Positions 37,866 to 47,913 of a stretch of 64,000 nucleotides of DNA are shown in pieces (the first letter of the stretch is position 1; each line of letters opens with the position of its first letter). The position numbers were made by a program, and so were the translations under genes. Location of the stretch: the NCBI GenBank assembly GCA_964492845.1, contig CAZBMZ010000023.1:34530-98529 (forward strand). Reading direction: 5' to 3'. The notes under the pieces are model-generated. The model ran no database searches. It was not told the DNA's origin and was given only the letters and a program-made list of their open reading frames with translations. The stretch is from an uncultured Clostridia bacterium (GTDB lineage Bacteria > Acidobacteriota > Blastocatellia > Chloracidobacteriales > JADJPF01).

Positions 37866-40001
37866 TTAGTTTATAGAGGCAGGGTTTTTTATTGCTCTTA
37901 TAGCTTGATTTCCAGAATCAACAATAAACAGATTATCAGATATATCAAAAGCTAATCGTCTTGGTAACTGAACACTTGAATCTTTAGCTGGGCCATTATC
38001 ACCAGCAAAAAATCCTTTAGTAGAAACTAAAGCTGTTTTTTGTTTATCAGTTATATTTATTTTTACAACCCCTCCATAAAAAGGAAAAATATCTGTAACA
38101 GTTGATAAGTAGATATTAGCTTTTTTATCAGTTACTAAATCAAGCCCAAATGATGAATTACCAATAAAATCAGAAAGCTCTGTATAAGTTACCTTATTTG
38201 TTTGTCTATCTAGCTTAAGTATAAATTGATCTGTAGTAATAGAATAAATATTACCCACAGAGTCAATTGCTAGAGAATAAATTGATTCTCCCTCTGTATC
38301 ATCTACAAAAACACTAGTAATGATGCCAGTATTTTTATCTACACGCCTAATACGTTCATTTACTCCATCCAAGATAAAAAGGTTTTCTTCCCTATCAAAA
38401 GCTATTGCACTAGGTTTATTAAGGCTAGAATTTATGGCTAATTGTCCATCCCCATCATATCCTTCTTTACCATTACCGGCTATTGTAGCAATAATACCTG
38501 TAACAACATCTATTCGGCGAATTCGATTATTATCAGTGTCAGCAATAAGTAAATTTCCTTGTTGGTCAACTATAATTTCTGATAAAGAGCTAAAACTAGC
38601 ATTGATAGCAAAATCGCCATCACCACTAAAACCTTTTATTCCATTGCCAGCAAAGGTTTTAATAATTTGTGTTTTTGCATCTACTCGTTGAATGGTATTA
38701 GTACATTTATTTGAAGTAAATATATTACCAAGGCTATCTACGACTATAGCTTCAGGCAAACACAATCTAGCTTGGAGTGCAGAAGCATTTTCAAAGTTAG
38801 GTGTATAATTACTAGTAACTATGCTGATAATACCAGTTTGTGAATCTACTTTGCGAAGGTGATCAGAAAGATAACTTCGGTTATTATGATCGTCTGTTAA
38901 ATATTCTGTGACATATAGATCACCTTTATTATCTAAAGTAAAATCATTGAGGTAGAGAAAGCTAGCTTCTGTAGCAAGCTTTCCATTATTAGGATTACAA
39001 CCATTAAATACAGTACAGCCATTTCCGGCAACCGTATTAATTATCCCTGTTTTAGCATTTACTTTACGGATCCTAGGTCTATAAGTAGCTGATTCTAAAA
39101 CAAATATATTATTAAAACGATCTAATTCTATTTTTTTTACTTCTAAACTAGCTTTTGTAGCTAAATCTCCATCACCCTCACCATTATAAAGCGCGTCTCC
39201 ATCACCAACTACTGTAGTAATAACATTAGTAAGTTTATTAACTTTATAAACCCGATTGTTCCCAGCAATAAACAAATTGCCTATTTTATCTAATTTTATA
39301 TCTTCAACCTTTATAGAAGCTTGACTAGCTAATATTTGATCCCCACTATAATCAGACTCACCATTACCAGCTATCCTAGTAATAATGCCTGTAGGATCTA
39401 CTTTTCTAACGCAATTATTTCCTGAATCAGCAATAAACAGGTTATTTTCTTTATCTATGGCTAATGCTGTGGGCGAATTTAAGCTTGCATTAATAGCAGG
39501 CCCTCCATCACCATCAAAACCTTTTATTCCATTACCAGCAATGGTTGTTATTAGGTTGGTTTTAGCATCAATCATTCTAACTTTATCACCAAATTCTGAA
39601 AAAATTATGTTACCTTTTCTATCTACAACTAAATCTACAGCATCAATAGCTGCCCCTAATGCCAAAACACCATCTTGGCTAATGCCAGGTCTACCACCTG
39701 CTACAGTAGTAATAATTTTTGTAATAGCATCTATTTTGCGAATACGAAAATCAGATATTAAAAATAGATTCCCTTGTTTATCGGAAGTAATGTTTGTTAA
39801 ATAATTAAATGCAGCATGTTTTGCTAACTCGCCTTCCCCTAAAGGATTTCCAATAACCGTAGTAATATCCCCGTCATTTAGCTTAGCTAATCTTTCACTA
39901 AGACTTATGCTTTCATTATTATCGTTAGCACTTAAGATTAGCCAAGGAAAAAGGGAAAAAATAATTAAGAAACTTAACATTAACTTTCGTAATTTTTGCA
40001 T
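37866..40001 (-). CDS. Secreted NHL-repeat beta-propeller protein
   Basis: Signal peptide 'LMLSFLIIFSLFPWLILSA'. More than 10 repeats such as 'IAGNGIKGFDGDGGPAINASLNSPTALAIDKENNLFIADSGNNCVRKVD'. Confidence 0.8.
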   Translation of the reverse strand: MQKLRKLMLSFLIIFSLFPWLILSANDNNESISLSERLAKLNDGDITTVIGNPLGEGELAKHAAFNYLTNITSDKQGNLFLISDFRIRKIDAITKIITTVAGGRPGISQDGVLALGAAIDAVDLVVDRKGNIIFSEFGDKVRMIDAKTNLITTIAGNGIKGFDGDGGPAINASLNSPTALAIDKENNLFIADSGNNCVRKVDPTGIITRIAGNGESDYSGDQILASQASIKVEDIKLDKIGNLFIAGNNRVYKVNKLTNVITTVVGDGDALYNGEGDGDLATKASLEVKKIELDRFNNIFVLESATYRPRIRKVNAKTGIINTVAGNGCTVFNGCNPNNGKLATEASFLYLNDFTLDNKGDLYVTEYLTDDHNNRSYLSDHLRKVDSQTGIISIVTSNYTPNFENASALQARLCLPEAIVVDSLGNIFTSNKCTNTIQRVDAKTQIIKTFAGNGIKGFSGDGDFAINASFSSLSEIIVDQQGNLLIADTDNNRIRRIDVVTGIIATIAGNGKEGYDGDGQLAINSSLNKPSAIAFDREENLFILDGVNERIRRVDKNTGIITSVFVDDTEGESIYSLAIDSVGNIYSITTDQFILKLDRQTNKVTYTELSDFIGNSSFGLDLVTDKKANIYLSTVTDIFPFYGGVVKINITDKQKTALVSTKGFFAGDNGPAKDSSVQLPRRLAFDISDNLFIVDSGNQAIRAIKNPASIN

Positions 40002-40202
40002 AGCAAATCCTTCTCCATCATAGTACCTTAGATAAAATAATAGTAGATTATGTTTTATTTGATTGTTTTAACTAAATAAACAAGAAATGGTTCAATGGAA
40101 CTAGAAAAATCACGTAAAGATTTAAGTGGATAGAGAAACTATTAGTTTTGATATCTTGGGCTTTTTAGCAATATTTGTAAAAGTTTTCAAACTCCTTTAA
40201 AG

Positions 40203-40226
40203 TAGGAAAGCGGGCAAGATGCCCGC
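40203..40226 (-). terminator. Rho-independent terminator of the 3D-domain gene
   Basis: On the minus strand, GCGGGCA-TCT-TGCCCGC is followed by TTTCCTACTTT. The stem occupies 40210-40226. Confidence 0.7.
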
Positions 40227-40265
40227 ATCCTAACTTAGAAAATTTACTGAATATATAGACTAGGA

Positions 40266-40979
40266 TTATTGACCTTGGGCAATTTCTTCTAATTTATTTC
40301 CATCACCCCAACCATAACGCACTACTTCTAGTTGTATTTTACGTCGGCCAAAAACCTTAGCTTCTTTACGGCATGCCATATAAATATCTAAGCGATTACC
40401 GCGAATTGCAGGGCCTGTATCCATAACCCTATAAAGCCCTGAGTATTTCCCTGCTTGAATTTTTACTATTGACCCTAAAGGCAGTATTTTTGGATCTGCT
40501 GCTACTATTCCGCTACGAACACGCGCACCACAAGCTGTTATACCTTTTATGCTATAAGCTGTAGCTTCAAAATTTCGGACTAACGAGGTATAACTATCAT
40601 AAGCCCCATTGATTGGAAATTTAGGGAATTTAGCAATTCCTGCGATTTGAGATAAAAGTTGTGGGAGTTCATCTGTTACTGATTTACGTAAATTTGGTAG
40701 GGTAATAGTTGTATTTTCCGTTAGAGAATGGTTTACATTTATTATTGATTCGCTAAGTAATAAATTAGGAACTTTACCAACATTAGGAAATTTTAAGTTT
40801 TGAGATAATTCTGGAGAAAAAGAATTATCTTTACCTTTAATAGATGCTTTTTTACTTTGCACGGATGGGTTTTGCCATCCTAATACTTTACTTTGTCCCC
40901 AACCAAATAATGCTGTAGGTAAAGCTAAAGCCATTAGAAAAAGCTTTGCTACTCTAAACCGTGAATTATCAAAAGACAT
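40266..40979 (-). CDS. Secreted 3D-domain protein (MltA/RlpA-like double-psi beta-barrel, possible cell-wall lytic or binding function)
   Basis: Signal peptide present. C-terminal 'ATAYSIKGITACGARVRSGIVAADPKILPLGSIVKI...YRVMDTGPAIRGNRLDIYM'. Confidence 0.75.
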   Translation of the reverse strand: MSFDNSRFRVAKLFLMALALPTALFGWGQSKVLGWQNPSVQSKKASIKGKDNSFSPELSQNLKFPNVGKVPNLLLSESIINVNHSLTENTTITLPNLRKSVTDELPQLLSQIAGIAKFPKFPINGAYDSYTSLVRNFEATAYSIKGITACGARVRSGIVAADPKILPLGSIVKIQAGKYSGLYRVMDTGPAIRGNRLDIYMACRKEAKVFGRRKIQLEVVRYGWGDGNKLEEIAQGQ

Positions 40980-41348
40980 TTAACCTCCAAAAACAAATAA
41001 AATTGATCTAAGAAAATTGTTTAACTTTTGCTCGCTAGTTTATTAACTCCTTGTAATTTATAGATAAATAAAGTTTTATAAAACAATTTTTAGAAGTGTA
41101 ATCTTATTAACAAAATAAGAGTTCGAGACTATAACAGAAGAGAAAATTTAGAACAAGGATAAGTTGCTATTATATTGTTAATAAAGCATTTACACAAAAA
41201 ATAGTTAATATCCTATTTAAGTAAAATAAACAGCCTTTTAAGTTTAGCTAAATTAAAGGATCTTTTAATCGACAAAATATAGTGTAATTGTTTATTATTG
41301 TTGAAGATCCAGCCATTCCCCAAGCCAATAAATTCTGAGGTATAAAGC

Positions 41349-42374
41349 GTGCTACAATCTGTTTTCTCTCAACTGCGAAAAGTAGTAGCAGATCCAGACA
41401 TAGCCATAGATCTAGGGACTGCAAACACTCGTCTCTATGCGCAGGGCCGAGGAATTATTGCCGATATTCCTTCTGCTGTTAAAGTAAATTCAAATAAGGG
41501 AAATGTTGAAGCTGTTGGTAAATTTGCTTTACCACCTGTTAAAAATGATTCTGGTTCATACTCAATTCTTCCTTTACGCGGCGGAGTAATTAAAGACCTA
41601 GATGCTGCAACACACCTTTTAACCCCACTTTTATATAAAGCTAAACGCTTTGGCCTAATAAAACCTAGAGTTTTAGCTTGTGCGCCAACAAATGCAACAG
41701 CAGAAGAAAGAGAAGCAATAGTTGAGGCAACTTTGCGAGCCGGAGCATCAAAAGTAAAACTTGCTCCAGAACCTCTAGCTGCTGCTATAGGAGCAGGTTT
41801 AGACGTTTCCTCTCCTTATGCTCAAATGCTAGTAGATATTGGCGATGGTGTAACAGATATTGCTGTTATTCGTAGTAGCTCTTTAATTTCTACGGCTGCA
41901 ACTCCTATTGCTTGTAGTGATATTCATAGAGCAATACAAGATATGATGCTGGCTCATTATAATCTCTCTATATCATTATCAGAAGCAGAACGATTAACTC
42001 AAAAAATTGGAGTATTAGCTGCAAAATCACAATTATTAGAAAAAGTGTCTGCTATTGATTCTAAAACAGGAAAAAGCACTATAACTGAAATTAAAACAGA
42101 AGTTATTTCCCAAGCAATGTCGCCTGTAATAAATAAAATAGTTACAATCATTTGTGATGTAGTTCGTGGTTTACAAATAGAAGAAAGCTGTGAAGTAATA
42201 GAAAGTGGGATTTGTTTAACAGGCGGGGGTGCTTGTTTACCGGGAATGTCAGCTTTAGTTGCTAAAAAGACATCTTTAGATATTAAATTAGCCGCAAATC
42301 CAATGCATGCTGTAATTAACGGTGCCTGTCAAATGCTAAGTTTTAAGGCTACTATAGGTTTTTGGGAAATTTAG
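41349..42374 (+). CDS. mreB: MreB/Mbl-family actin-like protein (GTG start). No mreC or mreD follows.
   Basis: 'IAIDLGTANTRLY', 'PLRGGVIKDLD', 'RVLACAPTNATAEEREAIVEA...PEPLAAAIGAGLDV', 'VDIGDGVTDIAVI', 'LTGGGACLPGM'. Confidence 0.8.
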   Translation: MLQSVFSQLRKVVADPDIAIDLGTANTRLYAQGRGIIADIPSAVKVNSNKGNVEAVGKFALPPVKNDSGSYSILPLRGGVIKDLDAATHLLTPLLYKAKRFGLIKPRVLACAPTNATAEEREAIVEATLRAGASKVKLAPEPLAAAIGAGLDVSSPYAQMLVDIGDGVTDIAVIRSSSLISTAATPIACSDIHRAIQDMMLAHYNLSISLSEAERLTQKIGVLAAKSQLLEKVSAIDSKTGKSTITEIKTEVISQAMSPVINKIVTIICDVVRGLQIEESCEVIESGICLTGGGACLPGMSALVAKKTSLDIKLAANPMHAVINGACQMLSFKATIGFWEI

Positions 42375-45300
42375 CTTAATTCTTTAGGAATTAATAAATG
42401 AAACCTACTGCCTTTACCAGGGCCCTCAGATTCTGCCCAAAGTCGTCCACCATGAATTTCTGCGTAGTTTTTAGCAATAGCTAGCCCTAGACCCGTACCA
42501 CGTGCCCCAAATTCATACTTCCCCGAACTATGTTGCATTAGATCTCCACCTGTATAAAACTTGTCAAAAATTCGTTCTAACTCTTGTTCCGCAATACCTA
42601 TGCCATCGTCTTTAACAATTATATGAATAAATTCTTTTTCTTGAGCTAATTCTAAACTTATTTCTCCTTTATCTAATGTAAATTTAATAGCATTTTGCAA
42701 AATATTTAATAGTATTAACCTAATCTTTTCTTTATCTAAACATACTTCTGAAATATCATTAGAAATACTCAAATGTAATTTTTGATTACGTTTTTCAATA
42801 AATCCGCTTAAATCATTTATTACTTCATTTACTAAATCTTTTAAGTTAAAACTACTAAGTTTAAGCATTGCTTTTCCTTCAGTAATTTTCAGCATTTCTA
42901 AAATATCATTGGCAATAATAACCAGTCGGTCTATTGTGCGTTGACAAATAGATAAAGCTCGTTGTTGACTTTTAGTTAGCGAATCATTAGAAGCATTAAG
43001 TAGCACATCATGATAGCCTTTTAAGATAGTTAAAGGAGTGCGCATTTCATGCGAGGCTAAAATAACAAAATTAGTCTTCATTTTATCTAAATCTTGTAGA
43101 CTGCGGGTTATTTGTTGCTCATTTCGGTAAAGTTTTTCAAGTTCACCATAAAGAGCAGCATTTTCTATTGCTACAGCAGCTTGATTAGCTAAGGATTCTA
43201 TTAGTTGACGGTCTAATTTAGTAAATAGGGGTTTACCCATACGACGGCGGATATCTAAAACTCCTACAACTTTGCCTGTACGAGTAATTATTGGTACATC
43301 CATAAAACCATTTTTATAATAAGGTTTTAGGTTATTAGGAAAATTTAGTTCTTTTTCTGTAGGCTCATTAATAACAATTGTTTCAGCTTTAGTTACAGCT
43401 TGCCCAACAATGCTATCTTCAATAGGAAATTGCAGTAGGTCATTTTGCCAGTGATCTTTTAACCATAAACGATGAAAAACAATATTGTTATCTTCAACTA
43501 AACCAATACCTCCTGGTTCGGCACCAATAAGTTTTGCACTTTGTGACACAATATCTTGTAAAACCGTTTCTAGCTCAAGTTGTGAATTAATAACCTGGAT
43601 GCTCTCTAAAAGCTGACGTAAGCTAGCAATACGACTTTCATGTCTACGTCTAAAAGCTTCAATACGCCATGCATAAACACCATAAGCTAATAAAGCTATT
43701 ACAACTATAACTAAAAACCGAAACCACCAGGTTTGCCAATAAGGTGGAAGTACCTCAAATTTTATTGCAATAGGTTGGCTCCAAATACCCGAATTTGAAA
43801 CAGCTTTTACTAAAAATGTATATTCTCTTGCAGGCAAATTAGTAAAACGTGCTAGTCTTTGTTCACTAGGTTCTGACCATTTATTATCAAAATTCTCTAG
43901 CAGGTAACTATAGCGTATAGCTGTTTCATCAACAAAAGACAGTGCAACAAAATCAAATTTAACAGTATTTTGCTCATAAGCTACACTAAGATAATCTGCT
44001 ATAGGTATTTGTTCTTCTCCAGCTAAAATGCTTGTTATATGAACTATTGGTGCTTTAGTTACTAGTAATTGTTCTTTAGGTTGATAGCGTACTATACCTT
44101 CAATAGTACTAAACCAAAGACTATCATCTACTTTTGATTTAATTCCATTAGTTATTCCATCATTAACTAAACCATTTTTGATTGTATAATTAGTAAAACT
44201 TTTTCCATCAAAAACCGAAATCCCTCTTAAAGTACCTATCCATAAAGCTCCATTATAACTAGTAATTGAACGAATGGCATTATCTGATAGTCCATCTTTT
44301 TTTGTATAATATTGAAACGTTTTTCCATCAAATCTAGCTATTCCAACGCCCATGCCAATCCAAAAATAACCTTGCTCATCCTGATAAAACCGATGAACAT
44401 ATTTATTAGGTAATCCTTCTTTTTCCGTATAGTTAATAAAGTCTTTACCATTAAAACAACTTAAACCGCCTTCGGTGCAAATCCATAAATTGCCTTTATT
44501 ATCTAAAGCAAAGCTATTAACTTGATTTTTTATTAAACCTTGTTTTGTAGAGTAAAGAGTAAACTCATTGTTATCATAAACAACAATGCCATCACTTGTA
44601 GAACTATCTGAACCAATCCAAATGCGTCCTTGTTTATCTTCAATAAAAGCTGTTATTCGTGTTTTTATCCCTATTTGGCTAGGTAAATAATTAGCAAATT
44701 TTCCTTTTTCATAACAAGAAATTCCTTTATGTCCACCTGTCCACACTCGCCCACGACTATCAACAAGCACTGCCCAAAGTTCTTCTTCCATTAAACCATC
44801 TTTTATTCCATAACTTTGAATTTTTCCATCAGGACTAAGAGAAATTAAACCATTACTAAAAGAAGAAAACCACATTGTCCCATCAGAAGCTTGAGAAACG
44901 GCTGAAATAGTACCTTCTCCAATACCGTTTTTTTCTGTATAGTTACTAAAATTTTCATTTAGAAAATAAAAAACCCCACTACGTTGAGTTCCCCACCAAA
45001 TATTTCCTTCATAATCTTGCATATGGGAAATAATGTAATCGTCTGGAAGAGCATTTTTACGGTTAAATACTGTAAAGCGTCCATCTTTTTCTAACCGAGA
45101 AATTCCACCTCCATAAGTACCACACCAAACACGCCCAAAACGATCTAGCCTTATAGAGCTAACTCTTTCACTACCTAACCCATCCAAAGAAGTATAAGGA
45201 CGGAAATTTTCTTGAGAAAAGTAGTAAACCCCTCCTCCAGTAGCAATCCAAACACCATTATTAGAATCAAGAGCTAAATCAAAAACATTTTCATCTAAAA

Positions 45301-45892
45301 GACCTTGTGCTTTGCCATAAACAGTAAATTTTTTCCCATCAAATTTTGCTAAACCTGCTCCTCTTAACCCTAACCATAAATCGCCTGATTTAGCCTCTAA
45401 AATTTTCCAAATAGGGCTATTAGGCAGTCCTACTTCTAAACCATAATTAATAAATTTCTCACCATCAAAATGACTTAATCCCTTACCAGTACCAAACCAT
45501 AAACTTCCATTTTCTGCACAAAGACCTGAGCGAATTTCATTTTCTGGCAATCCTTCGTTTACAGTATAATTAGTAAATTTGCTTCCGTTATAACGACTAA
45601 TCCCAGAACGAGTTAAAAACCATAAATCCCCTTTTTTATCTTCCACAATAGCACGTACTGAATTATCAGCTAGACCTTGTTCCATAGTAAAAGACTGGTA
45701 TTTAACTCCATCATAACGACAAACCCCATCATTGGTAGCAAACCAAACATAGCCTTTGCTATCTTGAAGGATGTAATAAACTGCATTATTAGGTAATCCA
45801 CTGCTAGTATTATAGATCTTAAATTTATAGCCTTGTGCTAATACCGAAGGAACTAACAGTAAGATAAATAATATAGTTATGAGATATCTCAT
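42371..45892 (-). CDS. Sensor histidine kinase: periplasmic two-component-regulator propeller (Reg_prop) repeats plus Y_Y_Y domain, TM, GAF, HisKA, HATPase_c
   Basis: Many 'G(L/I)xxNxVxxIxxDxxGxxWxGTxxG(L/I)xx(Y/F)' repeats. TM segment 'WWFRFLVIVVIALLAYGVYAW'. GAF end 'LANQAAVAIENAALY'. H-box 'ASHEMRTPL'. 'DDGIGI' and 'GTGLGLAI'. No response regulator is adjacent. Confidence 0.85.
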   Translation of the reverse strand: MRYLITILFILLLVPSVLAQGYKFKIYNTSSGLPNNAVYYILQDSKGYVWFATNDGVCRYDGVKYQSFTMEQGLADNSVRAIVEDKKGDLWFLTRSGISRYNGSKFTNYTVNEGLPENEIRSGLCAENGSLWFGTGKGLSHFDGEKFINYGLEVGLPNSPIWKILEAKSGDLWLGLRGAGLAKFDGKKFTVYGKAQGLLDENVFDLALDSNNGVWIATGGGVYYFSQENFRPYTSLDGLGSERVSSIRLDRFGRVWCGTYGGGISRLEKDGRFTVFNRKNALPDDYIISHMQDYEGNIWWGTQRSGVFYFLNENFSNYTEKNGIGEGTISAVSQASDGTMWFSSFSNGLISLSPDGKIQSYGIKDGLMEEELWAVLVDSRGRVWTGGHKGISCYEKGKFANYLPSQIGIKTRITAFIEDKQGRIWIGSDSSTSDGIVVYDNNEFTLYSTKQGLIKNQVNSFALDNKGNLWICTEGGLSCFNGKDFINYTEKEGLPNKYVHRFYQDEQGYFWIGMGVGIARFDGKTFQYYTKKDGLSDNAIRSITSYNGALWIGTLRGISVFDGKSFTNYTIKNGLVNDGITNGIKSKVDDSLWFSTIEGIVRYQPKEQLLVTKAPIVHITSILAGEEQIPIADYLSVAYEQNTVKFDFVALSFVDETAIRYSYLLENFDNKWSEPSEQRLARFTNLPAREYTFLVKAVSNSGIWSQPIAIKFEVLPPYWQTWWFRFLVIVVIALLAYGVYAWRIEAFRRRHESRIASLRQLLESIQVINSQLELETVLQDIVSQSAKLIGAEPGGIGLVEDNNIVFHRLWLKDHWQNDLLQFPIEDSIVGQAVTKAETIVINEPTEKELNFPNNLKPYYKNGFMDVPIITRTGKVVGVLDIRRRMGKPLFTKLDRQLIESLANQAAVAIENAALYGELEKLYRNEQQITRSLQDLDKMKTNFVILASHEMRTPLTILKGYHDVLLNASNDSLTKSQQRALSICQRTIDRLVIIANDILEMLKITEGKAMLKLSSFNLKDLVNEVINDLSGFIEKRNQKLHLSISNDISEVCLDKEKIRLILLNILQNAIKFTLDKGEISLELAQEKEFIHIIVKDDGIGIAEQELERIFDKFYTGGDLMQHSSGKYEFGARGTGLGLAIAKNYAEIHGGRLWAESEGPGKGSRFHLLIPKELS

Positions 45893-46041
45893 AGGGGCAA
45901 AATTGGTTAATTTACAAAATTAAAATAAATTTAGAGGGTGATAGAATCTTTAGTTTGCACTTGGTGGTTAAGCTTGTAAAGTAATATTTATAGATGTTTT
46001 TAGGAAAAATCCTAATAATATTTTAAGCTAAAATTTTTAGT

Positions 46042-46081
46042 AAAACAAAAGCGAGCCAAAGCATTTTTAAGCTCCGCTCGC
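46042..46081 (-). terminator. Candidate terminator after etfA
   Basis: On the minus strand, GCGAGC ... GCTCGC (46076-46081 / 46051-46056) with additional AGC/GCT pairing, followed by TTTTGTTTT. Confidence 0.5.
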
Positions 46082-46109
46082 CTTTATTTATAGAAAATTT
46101 TAATTAAAT

Positions 46110-47096
46110 CTAGCCTTCAGCCTTTACTTTTTCAACTTCATCAACTATAGCAGGTACAAGCTCAAATAGATCTCCAACAATACCAAAATCTGCAATATCA
46201 AAAATTGGAGCATTAGCATCTTTGTTGATAGCTACAATGGTTGAAGCATTTTTCATTCCTACTACGTGTTGAATAGCACCAGAAATGCCAACAGCTAGAT
46301 AAAGTTTTGGTGCTACGGTTTGACCAGAACTACCAATTTGGCGATCCATTGGCAACCAGCCAGAATCACAAATTGGGCGAGAAGCACCTATGTCAGCCTC
46401 TAAAGCAGCAGCTAGTTTTTCTACTACCGCAATATTTTCTTGGCTCTTGATGCCACGACCAACAGAAACAATAATCTTAGATTGAGTTAAATCTACAGAT
46501 TGTTTAGCTTCTCTAAATAATTCTTGTGGTTCTAAGCGAATTTGATCGGCTGAAAGTGTTATTGCTAGTGATTTTACTGAGGCACTACCTGCTTCAATAT
46601 CATCTCCTCTAAATGCTCCTGCTTGGAAGGAAATCAAAACTGGCGCGCTATCATGAACGCTAACATCAGCATTAATTTTGCCTTGGAAAATTTGTCTTAC
46701 TAAAGTAAGTTTTGAGCCGTCCAGTTTATAGCCAACACAATCAGCAATTAGAGATTTGCCCATTGATGTTGCTAGCTTAGGAGCAAAGTCACGTACTAAG
46801 TAAGTGTGAGAGAGTAAAACATAGTTTGGTTGAAGTTGTTCAATGGCTTGACGCATTGCTAAAGAAAAGCCATCTGGAGTGTAATTTTTCAAATTTTCAT
46901 TATCAACTAGATAAACATTATCTGCTTTTTTTGTTGCTAGTTCTTGAGCAATTGCGTCTACTCCAGAGCCTAACAAAACTACTGAAAGTGGCTGGTTAAG
47001 ACTAGCTGAAAGGCGTTGACCAGCTACAACAGCTTCATAGGTGACACGATTAAGTTTACCTTCGCGTTGTTCTGCAAATACAAGTATTCCGCTCAT
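46110..47096 (-). CDS. etfA: Electron transfer flavoprotein, alpha subunit
   Basis: 'LYLAVGISGAIQHVVGM', 'IVAINKDANAPIF', 'DFGIVGDLFELVP'. RBS GAGGAG upstream. Confidence 0.85.
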   Translation of the reverse strand: MSGILVFAEQREGKLNRVTYEAVVAGQRLSASLNQPLSVVLLGSGVDAIAQELATKKADNVYLVDNENLKNYTPDGFSLAMRQAIEQLQPNYVLLSHTYLVRDFAPKLATSMGKSLIADCVGYKLDGSKLTLVRQIFQGKINADVSVHDSAPVLISFQAGAFRGDDIEAGSASVKSLAITLSADQIRLEPQELFREAKQSVDLTQSKIIVSVGRGIKSQENIAVVEKLAAALEADIGASRPICDSGWLPMDRQIGSSGQTVAPKLYLAVGISGAIQHVVGMKNASTIVAINKDANAPIFDIADFGIVGDLFELVPAIVDEVEKVKAEG

Positions 47097-47126
47097 TAAA
47101 TTTCGCTCCTCTTTATATGCTAGCGA

Positions 47127-47909
47127 CTAAAGCGCGCGCATTTGCTTCAATTTGGTTACTAATTTGGCTGCTGCTTCTTTAGCTGAACCATCAATGATTT
47201 CGGTTTTCTTACTTTTAACTGGGAAGTAAACGCGTTCAATTCTTTGCTTAGAGCTTAAAAGTTCTGCGTTAAGAGAGAGATCCGCTAGAGTGACTTTGCG
47301 AATTTCTTTCTTTTTAGCATTCATAATTCCCTTTAAGGTAGCATAACGAGGTTGATTAAGCCCTGATTGAATGCTGATAGATGCGGGCATAGGCAATTTG
47401 TACCATTGAAACCAACCGGCTTCTAATTCGCGCTTAACTCTTACACTTTTGCTAGCTTCATCAGCTTCTACAGCCATTGCAATGGTAGCACTTGGAACGC
47501 CCAATAATTCCCCTAAAATTACACCTGTTTGAGCAAAACCATAGTCATCTGATTGAAGCCCTGTAAAAACTAAGTCAAAGCCTTCTTTACCAATTACTTC
47601 AGCCATTGCTCTAGCTTGGCCTAGTGCATCTAGGTTATCTAGTGCTGGGTCGCAAATATGAATTGCACGGTCAGCACCTTTAGCAAGTGCTTCTTTAATA
47701 ACCATTTGGACACGTTCTGGGCCTAGGGAGCAAATAACTACTTCACCACCTAATTTTTCCTTAATTTGCAATGCTTCTTCTACAGCATAAGCATCCGGCT
47801 CATTTGTATCATAAGCAATATCACGATCTTGTATCCAATTGCCTGTCTCATTGATACGCAAAATCGCGTCACGAGAAGGAACTTGTTTAACACAAACTAT
47901 TATTTTCAC
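47127..47909 (-). CDS. etfB: Electron transfer flavoprotein, beta subunit
   Basis: 'KIIVCVKQVPS'. I moved the start to the GTG at 47909, which has RBS GAGGAG (47917-47922) 7 nt upstream. The ORF-track TTG at 47924 lies inside that RBS and the fabF stop. The gene starts 4 nt after the fabF stop codon. Confidence 0.85.
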   Translation of the reverse strand: MKIIVCVKQVPSRDAILRINETGNWIQDRDIAYDTNEPDAYAVEEALQIKEKLGGEVVICSLGPERVQMVIKEALAKGADRAIHICDPALDNLDALGQARAMAEVIGKEGFDLVFTGLQSDDYGFAQTGVILGELLGVPSATIAMAVEADEASKSVRVKRELEAGWFQWYKLPMPASISIQSGLNQPRYATLKGIMNAKKKEIRKVTLADLSLNAELLSSKQRIERVYFPVKSKKTEIIDGSAKEAAAKLVTKLKQMRAL

Positions 47910-47913
47910 GATT

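Noticed and set aside
11083-42374. MglA plus the MreB-like protein considered as one gliding-motility locus
   Set aside because: The two genes are about 30 kb apart with many unrelated genes between them. No AglRQS/Glt-type genes are visible.
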